Assembly: GCA_040830765.1 (NCBI GenBank)
Contig: JBFOMH010000013.1
Location: 146,373 to 210,372, forward strand
Direction: 5' to 3'
Source: Puniceicoccaceae bacterium
GTDB lineage: Bacteria; Verrucomicrobiota; Verrucomicrobiia; Opitutales; Oceanipulchritudinaceae
Length of the DNA: 64,000 nt
Numbering within the stretch: the stretch's first letter is position 1; the number at the start of each line of letters is the position of its first letter. Positions 47,308 through 57,321 of this stretch are shown here, piece by piece. A program made the translations under genes and the position numbers. Under the pieces are notes generated by a model. That model did not search any database, had not been told where the DNA came from, and saw only the letters and a program-made list of their open reading frames with translations.

Positions 47308-50300
47308 GTTCGCCCCACCCGCCCCCACCGGGTGTCTCGATTCGGACACTGTCCCCGGCCGTGGCCTCCACCCGGGTAATGCCTTCCAGCGGGACAACTG
47401 TTCCATCCTTTTTCAGAAGGGATTGCCGTCCCGGTGCACCATCCGCTCCCCCACTCATGCCCCGGGCACCCTTGGACCGGTTCTGGGCCAGTAGGGATAC
47501 CGTGACCGGCTCCAGAAACTCAATCTCCCGGACCAGGCCGTTTCCGCCCCTATGGAGCCCATTCCCACCGGATTCTTTTCGTAGTGAAAATTCATGACAA
47601 ACCACTGGGAAGCGCTGCTCGAGAATCTCGGGATCCGTTATGGCGGTGTTGGTCATGTGGACATGCGTCCCGGAGGCACCTGCGAAGCCTTGCCCGGCCC
47701 CAGAGCCTCCACCAATGGTCTCATAATAACCAAACGCCTCATTCCCGAAGAGAAAGTTGTTCATGGTCCCCTGCCCGGCTGCCATCAACCCCAACGCACG
47801 TATCAAAGAATCCACTACACGTTGACTTGTTTCCACATTCCCCCCGACGACGGCGGGGCACTTGTCCGGATTGGAGGGGAAAGCCGGATTGAGGAAGCAC
47901 TCCGGCAAACAGATTTTGACCTTCTCCAGCAGACCCTCATTGAGCGGCATGGGCGTATCGACAAAGAGTCGAAGGACATAGAGGACCGCGCTTTGCACAA
48001 TCGCGGGAGTGGCATTGAGGTTACCGGGGTGCAGCTGGGACGTCCCGGAAAAGTCGATCCGCAATCCTGCACATGTGGAATCAATGGTAACATTGATGAG
48101 ATGTCCATCATCCAGCTTTTCAACTGCCTTTCCACGCAGGGGACCAGCCTTGGCCAATGCCTCATCGAGGGCTTGCGAAGCAGCAGAGTAGAAGGATCCG
48201 AAGTAGGCTATGATGGATTCGGAAGAGTACTCCTCCAGTAATCTGGCGAACAGCTGCTGACCTCTTTGCAGGGCGGCAAGCTGGGCCTCGAGGTCGATCC
48301 GGTTCTCGCGCACTGCGCGACTTGGGTATGGGGCTTCGGCGAGTAGAGCCTCAATGGCATCAAAGTGATCCCTCCCCTCGCGAACGAGGTACTGTGGGGA
48401 AATAATCACCCCTTCTTCAACAAGGCTGGCGGCAGCCGGAGGCATCGAGCCAGGCGTCCGTCCGCCCAACTCAGCATGGTGGGCCCGGTTGGCCAGGTAA
48501 CCGAGGCATTGCTGCTGCTCATCAAACAGCCCCGAGATCAAGGTCACATCAGGCAGGTGTGAGCCTCCAAAAGCCGGATGATTGGTCACGATCACATCCC
48601 CGGGCCGGATCTCAATTTGCTGCAAGCACTCGCGCAGGCATAGCCCCATCGCCCCCAGGTGCACCGGAATGTGTGGGGCATTAACCAGCAGGCGTCCCTT
48701 GGCGTCGAGCAAGGCACAGGAGAAGTCCAGCCGTTCGCGGATATTGGTCGAGAGAGCGGTGCGTTGGAGCTGGTCGCCCATTTCCTCGACCAATCCCTCA
48801 AGGCGATTCATGACGAGAGTGCGGCGGACGTTCTCCAGCAAACCATCGGATGAAGCGTGTCCCCGGTGGTTGTCAGGCGTCAACTGAAAGCTGCCGTCAG
48901 ATCCCTTGACCGCTTTCCAACCAGTCTCCACGAAACAGGTAGCGAAGGGATCGCTGATGATGGAGGGCCCCGACTTCTCTTCCCCCGTAAACGACTCCCG
49001 TGGCAAGGCGAGTGGCATTTCCTGTAGCCGCAAGCGGATCTTTACAACTTCGAGCGTAGGCTCTTTGGGAAAATACCCGAAAGTGGAGAGGAACTGCTCC
49101 TTGAAAGCTGCCTGGATGTCCCGGTCTGCTTTCCATTCCACCGGGAGGCCTGTTTCCTGCCCAGCCAAGCGGATATAAACCGTGCAATAGGGCTCTTCCA
49201 TGGACTCCCGCTTGACGCCGTCTTGTTCCAGCTGGCTGGCGGCTATTTCGAATAAAGCCTCGAATTGCTCCTGGAGAGACTCCCCAGCGGCCTCGATACC
49301 GGTGAACAGCTGCTTCTCTTCCACGGCTTCCAATGGCGCATGGTGGATCCCCCTCGCGCTGAGTATGCCTGCCTGTGACGGGAAAATAATTTGTTGTATT
49401 CCCAGCTCCTCGGCCACCCGGCAGGCGTGCAGTCCGCCAGCCCCACCGAAGGCCACCAGGCCGTACTGGGCCGGATCTTCACCATCCCGGAGGGTGACCT
49501 GACGAATGGCATGGGCCATGCGTTCGGTGGCTATGGACAGGAATCCCTCGGCAAGGGCTTTCCAGTCTGTCTCACCGGCTATCTCCATGACTTCATCCAG
49601 ACGCTGGCGGGCATCCTCCAGTCGTATGGGAATGGAAAAACCGGCCGGATCAATCCGGCCGAGCAGGAGGTGGATGTCGGTCAGGCACAAGGGCCCACCG
49701 GCCCCATAAGAGGCCGGGCCCGGATTGGCCCCGGCACTTTCCGGACCGACAAAAAGACGGCCATCCCGGAATCCGCAAATCGAGCCGCCCCCTGCGGCCA
49801 CCGTCTCGATCGGCATTGCCGGGGTAAGGATGTTGGCCTGTCCGACACTGATTTGCTGACGCAGTTCAAGGCGCTTTTTCCAGCGGGAGACATCCGTGGA
49901 AGTGCCTCCCATGTCGAGGGCGATTATCTTTTCGAGGCCGGCACGGCAGCCGGCTTCAACTGCCCCAAGAACACCACCAGCCGGGCCGCTGACCAGACTG
50001 TCCACCGCATGGAAACGTTCACGTGAAACCAGCCCACCCGCGCTTGTCATGATCCAGAGGGGATTGCCGAGTATTTCCGTTTCAACCCTGTCCAAATAGG
50101 CATCCATGACCGGGCTGAGGGTGGCATTGACCAAGGTCGTCTCCGCCCGGTCGAGGTATTTGATCAAGGGCCGCACATGTGAAGAGGCACAAATGTTGTT
50201 AAAGCCCAAATTCCGGAGGACGGCCACAACCTGTTCCTCATGGGCGGCGTTGCACCAACTGTTAAGCAGGCAGACAGCGGCCACAGTACATCCGTTGGCC

Positions 50301-50944
50301 AGGGCATCCGTCGCGGCAGTTGCCAATCCTTCCAGATCGAGCGGCTTCTTTTCCTTCCCATCGGTGGATATGCGTCCATCGACCGGATAAACCTCTCGAT
50401 AAAGCGGTGACTCCCGGATGACATTCCGCGTAAACAAGTGGGGACGCTTCTGATCTCGAATAACCAGAAGGTCCTCGAATCCTCTGGTCAGGAACAAGGC
50501 CACAGGCGCACCTTTCTTTTCCAGCAGGGCGTTGGTGCCCTTCGTCGTTCCCAGGCGAAACGACAAAGCCTGCCCGTCATCAACTGCTTCCGGCACCAGC
50601 AGCTTCATCGCCAGTACGGGAGCCTCCAAACCGCAATCGACCTCAATAATGTCAGCAGGTTTCAGCCCTGGAGTAACAGCATCAAGGGTCAAATGATCCG
50701 GTGCCGCTGCTTTTATGGAACCAACAGCCTTTCTATCGACATAAGCCTTCTTGCCGGCCAGCCATGAGGTGTCGGTCAACGGGAATGGCTCGATTAGAAT
50801 TCGCCCGGAGTCGATTCCACGGATGGTCGTCCTCAACCGTCCCGAAGAGAGGACTTTGCCATGCCGCGTGGAGCCGTCAGGGCCTGTTGCCAGGCAGTCG
50901 GTAAAGGTCCCTCCCGTATCCGCACTGAATCGCCACTCCTTCAC
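47300..50944 (-). CDS. ATP-dependent 5-oxoprolinase / fused hydantoinase A+B
   Basis: DTGGTFTD, SGPAGG, DMGGTSTDV, TNIRERLDFSCA, HIPVHLG, GQGTMNN, HMTNT..TDPE, ETPGGGG; GTG start. Confidence 0.93.
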   Translation of the reverse strand: MKEWRFSADTGGTFTDCLATGPDGSTRHGKVLSSGRLRTTIRGIDSGRILIEPFPLTDTSWLAGKKAYVDRKAVGSIKAAAPDHLTLDAVTPGLKPADIIEVDCGLEAPVLAMKLLVPEAVDDGQALSFRLGTTKGTNALLEKKGAPVALFLTRGFEDLLVIRDQKRPHLFTRNVIRESPLYREVYPVDGRISTDGKEKKPLDLEGLATAATDALANGCTVAAVCLLNSWCNAAHEEQVVAVLRNLGFNNICASSHVRPLIKYLDRAETTLVNATLSPVMDAYLDRVETEILGNPLWIMTSAGGLVSRERFHAVDSLVSGPAGGVLGAVEAGCRAGLEKIIALDMGGTSTDVSRWKKRLELRQQISVGQANILTPAMPIETVAAGGGSICGFRDGRLFVGPESAGANPGPASYGAGGPLCLTDIHLLLGRIDPAGFSIPIRLEDARQRLDEVMEIAGETDWKALAEGFLSIATERMAHAIRQVTLRDGEDPAQYGLVAFGGAGGLHACRVAEELGIQQIIFPSQAGILSARGIHHAPLEAVEEKQLFTGIEAAGESLQEQFEALFEIAASQLEQDGVKRESMEEPYCTVYIRLAGQETGLPVEWKADRDIQAAFKEQFLSTFGYFPKEPTLEVVKIRLRLQEMPLALPRESFTGEEKSGPSIISDPFATCFVETGWKAVKGSDGSFQLTPDNHRGHASSDGLLENVRRTLVMNRLEGLVEEMGDQLQRTALSTNIRERLDFSCALLDAKGRLLVNAPHIPVHLGAMGLCLRECLQQIEIRPGDVIVTNHPAFGGSHLPDVTLISGLFDEQQQCLGYLANRAHHAELGGRTPGSMPPAAASLVEEGVIISPQYLVREGRDHFDAIEALLAEAPYPSRAVRENRIDLEAQLAALQRGQQLFARLLEEYSSESIIAYFGSFYSAASQALDEALAKAGPLRGKAVEKLDDGHLINVTIDSTCAGLRIDFSGTSQLHPGNLNATPAIVQSAVLYVLRLFVDTPMPLNEGLLEKVKICLPECFLNPAFPSNPDKCPAVVGGNVETSQRVVDSLIRALGLMAAGQGTMNNFLFGNEAFGYYETIGGGSGAGQGFAGASGTHVHMTNTAITDPEILEQRFPVVCHEFSLRKESGGNGLHRGGNGLVREIEFLEPVTVSLLAQNRSKGARGMSGGADGAPGRQSLLKKDGTVVPLEGITRVEATAGDSVRIETPGGGGWGEPA

Positions 50945-50989
50945 GTCCGCCCGATATCAGCAAAATAGCGCCCGGGAGCAATGGGAAAT

Positions 50990-51748
50990 TCAACTATCCA
51001 CACGACCAAGGCCCATGACCCGCATGGCTTCATCATCCAACCGGCCGGCATGTTTGTCCGTTTGCGGATCAAGCTCATGAAGAAATTGGTGGAACTCGGA
51101 TGAGTGATCAAAATGGTGAATGTGAGCCAGTTCATGCAGGATGACATGGTCATGGAGTTTCGGCGCAATGAGGATGAGCCGCCAGTTCAAGGAAATGCCC
51201 CCGGTTTCACTGCACGAGCCCCAGCGGCTTTTCTGGTCGCGGATGGTGATCCCATGAGGCCGGAGGCCATGAACATCGGCAAGGGTGCGTACCCGCTCTG
51301 GAACGTAGGTTCTGGCAATTGCCATGAGCACTGAGTGCAACTGGGCCTCGGCGGGCTCCCGCGGGTTGAGCGAAATTTTGATGCTCCGGGAGGTGTCGTC
51401 GACGAGAAAGCCGCTAGGCCCGATACTCAGGCAAAGCTCCACCTTGTGCCATCGCCCGGCTATGGATAAGCGGCTGTTCTTGAGCAGGAATTCCCGCAAT
51501 TTGGGGATACCTGGTTGCGTCTCCATGGTGCGGCAAATCCAGTCACCATGCTCAAGGATGAAGTTAGTGCCATGATGCTCGGCCTTGCGCATCGGCATCT
51601 TCAGGGTGACGAACTGGTTGCTGTCAAACTGCAGCGACATCCGCTTGACCCTCCGGGACCGCTCCAGCTTGTAGGGAACGATTTGCAGTCCCGTCGAGGA
51701 TTCGACGCAGATGAAATTGATACCGTTACTCTTGCCCTTCGATTTCAC
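50990..51748 (-). CDS. YgjP-like/M48 (DUF45) zinc metallohydrolase
   Basis: DQKSRWGSCS, LNWRL, VILHELAH..DHS..F. Confidence 0.88.
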   Translation of the reverse strand: MKSKGKSNGINFICVESSTGLQIVPYKLERSRRVKRMSLQFDSNQFVTLKMPMRKAEHHGTNFILEHGDWICRTMETQPGIPKLREFLLKNSRLSIAGRWHKVELCLSIGPSGFLVDDTSRSIKISLNPREPAEAQLHSVLMAIARTYVPERVRTLADVHGLRPHGITIRDQKSRWGSCSETGGISLNWRLILIAPKLHDHVILHELAHIHHFDHSSEFHQFLHELDPQTDKHAGRLDDEAMRVMGLGRVDS

Positions 51749-52379
51749 GCACCAGGTTGGAGGTAAATTTCCTTAAAGCGGACTCCCCGTCAATACCTGC
51801 CTTGTCACAGGCCGCGGCAATTTGAAACAACAGCTCCCCGACTTCCGCTTCAGATAGATCTTCCGCCATGGATTCAGCTCCTGCCGGGTCCGGGATCTGC
51901 TCGTGCTCAAGGTCCTTCTTGCGAATCTGCTTGGCCACATCCGCGGCGTACATGAGTGACGGCAGGGATCGCGGCAGGTGCTTGAAGACTCCGTTCTCCT
52001 GGGGTCCGTTCTTTTTCTCCGCCGCCTTGATCTGTTCCCACTGGTGGAGAACTGCCTCGGTATCCTGGAGGTCAACGTCCCCGAATACGTGGGGATGCCG
52101 CCGGACCAGCTTCTCGTTGATACCCCGGGCCACGTCATCAAAATTAAAATCACCTCGCTCATCAGCCAACTGGGCATGAAACACAACCTGCAAGAGGACA
52201 TCACCCAGTTCCTCGCACATGTGCTCCATATCGTTGCGGTCGATGGTGTCCAGCAGTTCGCAGGTCTCGTCGATCAGCGGTTCACAAAGTGTCTGGTGGG
52301 TCTGCTCCCGGTCCCACGGACAGCCATCCGGCGCCCGTAAACGCGCCATGGTCTCCCTTAGTTCTTGAATTGCACTCAC
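51726..52379 (-). CDS. mazG: Nucleoside triphosphate pyrophosphohydrolase MazG (short)
   Basis: LRAPDGCPWDREQT, EELGDVLLQVVFH, KLVRRHPHVFG, WEQIK; GTG start. Confidence 0.92.
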   Translation of the reverse strand: MSAIQELRETMARLRAPDGCPWDREQTHQTLCEPLIDETCELLDTIDRNDMEHMCEELGDVLLQVVFHAQLADERGDFNFDDVARGINEKLVRRHPHVFGDVDLQDTEAVLHQWEQIKAAEKKNGPQENGVFKHLPRSLPSLMYAADVAKQIRKKDLEHEQIPDPAGAESMAEDLSEAEVGELLFQIAAACDKAGIDGESALRKFTSNLVREIEGQE

Positions 52380-52443
52380 AATGTCCGTTTTCTCGTCAAT
52401 TTCCTATTTCCCTTCAATTGTAATTTTCATAATCTTCGTTCAG

Positions 52444-53235
52444 ATGGACAAACTTCAGGAAATCATGGCCTGGAAACGGCAGGAGATAGCCGCCCGGGTC
52501 CGCCCGGTGAGGGACGATGAATTGGCGCGCTTCTGCCCAGGTGACCATCCTCATGGATTTGAAATGGCCCTTCGCCGGGAGCATGGCCTGTCCATCATTT
52601 CCGAAATCAAGCGCAAATCCCCCTCGGCCGGGTCCATTGCCGAGGGACGGAATGCAGTTGAGCAAGCCCGTACCTACTACAATGCCGGAACCGATGCGAT
52701 TTCAGTCCTCACGGATGAAAAGTATTTCGGGGGAAGCATCCAGGACCTTTGGGACGTCAACGACCTGCTCGGCAACCGAAGCGATGCACCACCCACCCTG
52801 CGAAAGGATTTCTTTGTCGACCGCCTGCAGGTCCTGGAGGCTGCCGAGGCGGGTGCCAGTTGCATCCTGATCATCGTCCGCGCCTTGTCGGATGAGGAAA
52901 TGGAGATGCTATTCGAGGCAGCCAACCTCGCCGGTCTGGATGCCATTTTCGAGGTCCATGAGGAGGAGGAAGTTGACCGGGCCCTGAACACGGGAGCCCG
53001 CATCATCGGGGTCAACAATCGCGACCTGACCCGTTTCGTCACTGATCTGGCCACCAGTGAAGCCATTATCCCGGAACTTCCGGAAAGTTGCATCGCCATC
53101 TCTGAAAGTGGCATCCATAGCCTCGAAGATGCTGAGCGGGCCTTTGCCACCGGGGCGGACGCAGTACTGGTCGGAGAAGCCCTGATGAAAATGAAGGACC
53201 CGGAACCTTTCATCCAGGCCCTGCATGAATTATAA
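52444..53235 (+). CDS. trpC: Indole-3-glycerol phosphate synthase
   Basis: ISEIKRKSPS, SVLTD, LRKDF, GVNNRDL, SESGI, LVGEALM. Start at ATG 52444. Confidence 0.96.
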   Translation: MDKLQEIMAWKRQEIAARVRPVRDDELARFCPGDHPHGFEMALRREHGLSIISEIKRKSPSAGSIAEGRNAVEQARTYYNAGTDAISVLTDEKYFGGSIQDLWDVNDLLGNRSDAPPTLRKDFFVDRLQVLEAAEAGASCILIIVRALSDEEMEMLFEAANLAGLDAIFEVHEEEEVDRALNTGARIIGVNNRDLTRFVTDLATSEAIIPELPESCIAISESGIHSLEDAERAFATGADAVLVGEALMKMKDPEPFIQALHEL

Positions 53236-53338
53236 TCTTAATCTTAGCCTTAATCTTAATCTTGATCTCGACCATGACCTGAATCAGCCCCGGGAAAGGG
53301 ATGTTTTTAGATTAAGATCAAGATTAAGGCTAAGATTG
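53233..53338. repeat. Inverted hexamer microsatellite arrays (TAATCT)n ... (AGATTA)n
   Basis: 29-nt arms 53240-53268 and 53309-53337 are reverse complements with 2 mismatches. Confidence 0.9.
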
Positions 53339-53349
53339 GGACTTTTTAA

Positions 53350-54201
53350 ATGCCACTAACCCCGTCAGAGACCCGCGCCCTACTGGAAAATCTGGAGCAC
53401 CGGCCCCGCAAGCCACTGGGTCAAAATTTCCTCATCGACGGCAATATTGTCCGCAAATCTCTCCAGCTTTCCGGATTGAAGTCGGGTGACACGGTCCTGG
53501 AGATAGGCCCTGGATTGGGAACCCTGACGGAGGCCATGCTCGCTGCCGGTTGTACGGTTTACGCCGTTGAATTGGACACCAGACTCGTCCGCCACCTGCG
53601 GGAAACCCTGTCCCCTCAGTTTCCTGACACCTTTCATCTTCTCGAAGGAGATGCCGTCAAATTTCCCCGTGCAGGTCTTTCTGCAACGACGCAAAAGACC
53701 AAGATTGTCGCCAACTTGCCCTATGCCATTACCACACCATGGCTGGAAGCAGTGATTACCAATCCCCTCCCGGATCAGATGGTTCTGATGATGCAAAAAG
53801 AGGCCGCTGACCGGATTACGGCAAAACCGGGCAGCAAGGCTTATGGCGCCATATCCATCTTTATCGGGGCCGCCTATGAAAAGGCTTCCATCCATCCGGT
53901 TTCGAGAACGTGCTTTTACCCTGTCCCGGGAGTCGATTCCCTGTTGCTGCACCTGAAACGCAGGGAGGATGCCACTCTCTTTAGCCCGGCTTCCAGAAAA
54001 CTCATCCGCCAGCTGTTCACCCAAAGAAGAAAACAGATTGGCAGCCTCCTGCAAAATAAGGGGGAACTTTTCGATTGGCTGGAGCATCTAAAGACAATGG
54101 GTTGCACCCGCGAGAGTCGTCCGGAGAGGATTCCACTGGAGGCATGGATTGATTTTGATGCTTGCTTGACCGGAAATGGGGCCTCCAAAGAGACAACCTA
54201 A
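53350..54201 (+). CDS. rsmA: 16S rRNA m6,2A dimethyltransferase
   Basis: GQNFL, EIGPGLGTLT, AVELD, VANLPYAIT, QRRKQ. Confidence 0.96.
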   Translation: MPLTPSETRALLENLEHRPRKPLGQNFLIDGNIVRKSLQLSGLKSGDTVLEIGPGLGTLTEAMLAAGCTVYAVELDTRLVRHLRETLSPQFPDTFHLLEGDAVKFPRAGLSATTQKTKIVANLPYAITTPWLEAVITNPLPDQMVLMMQKEAADRITAKPGSKAYGAISIFIGAAYEKASIHPVSRTCFYPVPGVDSLLLHLKRREDATLFSPASRKLIRQLFTQRRKQIGSLLQNKGELFDWLEHLKTMGCTRESRPERIPLEAWIDFDACLTGNGASKETT

Positions 54202-54249
54202 GGCCCATTGACATTTATTTTTCCGGATATAAACATCAGCAGAAATTGC

Positions 54250-55974
54250 ATGAAATTGCAGAATAAATTCCATTATTTGACCCTGTTCTTACTCCCTTTG
54301 TCCCTACTCGCCAGCGTATGGGAATCGCCCGACGCCGAACAGGATGGCTGGAAACGCTTCGACTGGTACGGTTGGATTGTCGATGCCGGCAATGGCTGGA
54401 TTTACCATGCCGAACACGGATGGACGTATGCCGTTGGCGTCGATTCAAGCAGCGTCTGGTTCTATGACCAGGAGATGGCTTGGTCATGGTCCGGCGAGGG
54501 CATCTATCCCTACTATTATTGTCCGGGTGCCGCGGACTGGCTGTACTTTCAAAGTGGCAGTAACGATCCCCGATTTTTCTATCATGCCGGGATGCAGCGG
54601 TGGCTCGAGCTGGCTTTCAAGGACCGTTCAGCCCCTACCCTGGTTCCCGGAACGTACGGTTGGAGTCACCGTGAATTCTTTGAGACGGAGGAACACCAGC
54701 TGATCGACTGGACACGAAATGTTGTCACCACGGACTTCGATACCCAGGTTATCGAAAACGACTTGATCCGGATCATGCTCCTTCCCGACTGGGGAGCCCG
54801 TATTCTGTCGATCTACTACAAGCCGCAAGACATCGAGTTACTCAGTTACGCCAAAGGAGACAAGTGGAGTGATGTCATCTATGCGCCGGGAGCCTTCTAT
54901 TATGACGACTGGCTATTGCTGCCCGGCGGCATCAATCCGACCTTCCCCGAGGGCGAGCATGGCAAGTACTGGGGAGAGGTTTGGGAGTTTCAAAGTATCG
55001 AGGAAACCAGCTCCCACACCACCGTGAGAATGTCGCGAACGGACGACCTTGAATGGGATGGTGCTCCCTCGAAATTCAACAACGGCCTGACGGGGATGAC
55101 GGTGGACATGGATATCACCGTCCGCCGTAACAAGGCTGCCGTCGAAATCACCTATACCCTGACCAACAACAAGAACGAAACCATTCCCTACGAATTCTGG
55201 ATGGCGGCTTCCCTCGCACCATTACCCCCGGAAGAAACGGCCACCTCTTCCAATCTGGAGATCGTCATGAAGCAGGACAAAATCATCCTGCGGGACTGGT
55301 GGAATTGGATGAAGTCTGTTGAGACTGACGATGAAAACACCCGCGATCAGGTCTATCGCTTCGACAAGCTGGCCTGGCTCTCCAACTGGCAGGGCTCCGG
55401 AATTGCCTATGCCTACCCGTTGATGGACAACCCATGGTGGGGCGTCATCAACCACGACTATGAATGGGGCGTATTTCGAACCGCGGATGACGCCAGTGTT
55501 TCACCGGGTATGAAGATTTGGGGAGAAGGTGACGATTACGGCATGTTCGAACTATGGTCCGGCAATTCAGCAGAGTTTTTTGAGGATGCCTTTCTCGCTC
55601 CGCTCGAGGTCAAGACATGGAAGGAATACTTCATTCCAACGGTCGGTCTTTCCGCCATTAGTCACGCCAATCATCACGGAGCCGCCCAGGCTGAACTCAA
55701 CATCGGCAGTATGACGGGATCCATCGATCTCCGCCTCTTCTCGACCTGGCAGCCCGCCAACTGGAAAGTGGTCATAGAGGTGATCCCAGAGAACGGGGAT
55801 CCATTCCCATTGGCCAGAAACTTGGCGGACTTCACGCCGGATGTTCCGGTGCATAGGGTGATTTCAGCCTTTCCGATGGAAATGTTGCCGCCGGACAATT
55901 TCAGGCTGCAAGCGGTCGTGACCGACCTCTTCAGCGGCGAGGAACGGATGCGATTTGACATCGACCTCTTCTAA
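54250..55974 (+). CDS. Exported DUF5107/galactose-mutarotase-like protein with N-terminal Trp-rich module
   Basis: Signal peptide; WYGW..GWIYHAEHGWTY..WFYD..WSW module; IENDLIRIMLLPDWGARILSI, GGINPTFP, PGMKIWG, ELWSG. Confidence 0.7.
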   Translation: MKLQNKFHYLTLFLLPLSLLASVWESPDAEQDGWKRFDWYGWIVDAGNGWIYHAEHGWTYAVGVDSSSVWFYDQEMAWSWSGEGIYPYYYCPGAADWLYFQSGSNDPRFFYHAGMQRWLELAFKDRSAPTLVPGTYGWSHREFFETEEHQLIDWTRNVVTTDFDTQVIENDLIRIMLLPDWGARILSIYYKPQDIELLSYAKGDKWSDVIYAPGAFYYDDWLLLPGGINPTFPEGEHGKYWGEVWEFQSIEETSSHTTVRMSRTDDLEWDGAPSKFNNGLTGMTVDMDITVRRNKAAVEITYTLTNNKNETIPYEFWMAASLAPLPPEETATSSNLEIVMKQDKIILRDWWNWMKSVETDDENTRDQVYRFDKLAWLSNWQGSGIAYAYPLMDNPWWGVINHDYEWGVFRTADDASVSPGMKIWGEGDDYGMFELWSGNSAEFFEDAFLAPLEVKTWKEYFIPTVGLSAISHANHHGAAQAELNIGSMTGSIDLRLFSTWQPANWKVVIEVIPENGDPFPLARNLADFTPDVPVHRVISAFPMEMLPPDNFRLQAVVTDLFSGEERMRFDIDLF

Positions 55975-56690
55975 AAAAGGTCTAACTGCCCGTCAGGGGC
56001 ATCATCCAACATCACGGCTTCAAGTAATTCCGGATCATCCGCATCCGTCTTGTTGACCCGTGTGCTCACCGGTTGCGCTTCAAGAAAGTCGTCATCAGCC
56101 GGGACCATCAGCTCCCGGAGTCCCTCACCATTAACATTGGCTGTATCTAGCCAACGGTCCCAATTCGCCGGTTCCAATAGCACGGGCATACGATGGTGGA
56201 TAGAACCCACTGTTTTATTGGCAGCCGTCGTGATGAGGGAAACGGAAAGAATCTCCGAACCACAAGGATGCAACCAGTGTTCCCAAATCCCTGCCATGGC
56301 CATGAAGTCCATCTTCCGGGAATGGAAATAATAGGGCTGACGGGGTGACTTTGTCCGGTCCCATTCGTAGAAGCCACTCGCCGGGACGAGACACCGCCGG
56401 TACCGGTAAGCATCGCGGTATGAGGGCTTTTCACCGATTGTTTCCGCCCGGGCATTAATGAGCTTGTATCCGATGTTCGGATCCTTGGCCCATCCAGGAA
56501 CAAGGCCCCAATGAAAAATATCCGCCTTGCGGCCACCCTTGTCCCGGTCCTCGTGGATTGCCAGCACGCCGGTTCCCGGAGGAATGTTGTAGCGGGATTT
56601 CCATGACGTTTTCAGCTCCTCGGCAAATTCAGCCAGGAAGGCCCGGGCCAGGGCCTCATGCCCGATACTCAATGTGTAACGACCGCACAT
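55971..56690 (-). CDS. SRAP/YedK abasic-site processing protein
   Basis: N-terminal MCGRY (catalytic Cys2), INARAET, GFYEW, HHRMP. Confidence 0.95.
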   Translation of the reverse strand: MCGRYTLSIGHEALARAFLAEFAEELKTSWKSRYNIPPGTGVLAIHEDRDKGGRKADIFHWGLVPGWAKDPNIGYKLINARAETIGEKPSYRDAYRYRRCLVPASGFYEWDRTKSPRQPYYFHSRKMDFMAMAGIWEHWLHPCGSEILSVSLITTAANKTVGSIHHRMPVLLEPANWDRWLDTANVNGEGLRELMVPADDDFLEAQPVSTRVNKTDADDPELLEAVMLDDAPDGQLDLF

Positions 56691-56693
56691 CGG

Positions 56694-57290
56694 CTATCCA
56701 CCCATTACCGGAATAATGAATATTTCCTTGATGGCGGTAATCAGCATCTGCACGGCGATGACGGTGAGCAGCATCCCCATGAGCCGCTGAAAGGCGGACA
56801 GTCCGCGGTTGCCGACGATTCGATGCAAAACAGGCGCAAAGAGAAAGGCCACCAATCCAATCGACATGGTTACCAGGATGGCAATAACCCATACACCCAT
56901 GCGGTCTGGATATTGCGCGGCAAACAGCATGACCGTGGCCACCGCGGAGGGACCTGCTACCAGCGGTACGGCGAGGGGAAAGAGAATCGGCTCCTCACCC
57001 TGCTTGACCCCCATCCAGCTGGTGTCCGTCGGGAAGACCAGCTTGATGGCAATGAGGAAGAGCACGATACCCCCTGCGAGTTGGAGCGCCTCCTCGGAAA
57101 GATGGAGCATCCTAAGGAGACCCGGTCCGATGAATAGGGCCACTGTCAGGACGAGGGTTGCCAGAAGGACCTCCCGGATAATGAATCGGTAGGGTCGCTT
57201 GGTTCCCTCAAGACAAGTCAGCACCATGGGCAGGTTGCCCAGCGGGTCGGTAACGATGAGGAGCAGGATAATGGCGGAAATCAGGTCCAT
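56694..57290 (-). CDS. MarC-family membrane protein
   Basis: DPLGNLP, AGGIVLFLIA, PLAVPLVAGP, RLMGMLL. Confidence 0.92.
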   Translation of the reverse strand: MDLISAIILLLIVTDPLGNLPMVLTCLEGTKRPYRFIIREVLLATLVLTVALFIGPGLLRMLHLSEEALQLAGGIVLFLIAIKLVFPTDTSWMGVKQGEEPILFPLAVPLVAGPSAVATVMLFAAQYPDRMGVWVIAILVTMSIGLVAFLFAPVLHRIVGNRGLSAFQRLMGMLLTVIAVQMLITAIKEIFIIPVMGG

Positions 57291-57321
57291 AAGCAGGATA
57301 CTCGGAATTTAGAATAGGGTC

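Noticed and set aside
53233..53338. CRISPR array interpretation of the repeats
   Set aside because: Tandem hexamers with no repeat-spacer structure and no cas genes.
54208..54236. Sigma70 promoter at TTGACA (also at 42647)
   Set aside because: No convincing -10 element at 16-18 nt spacing.
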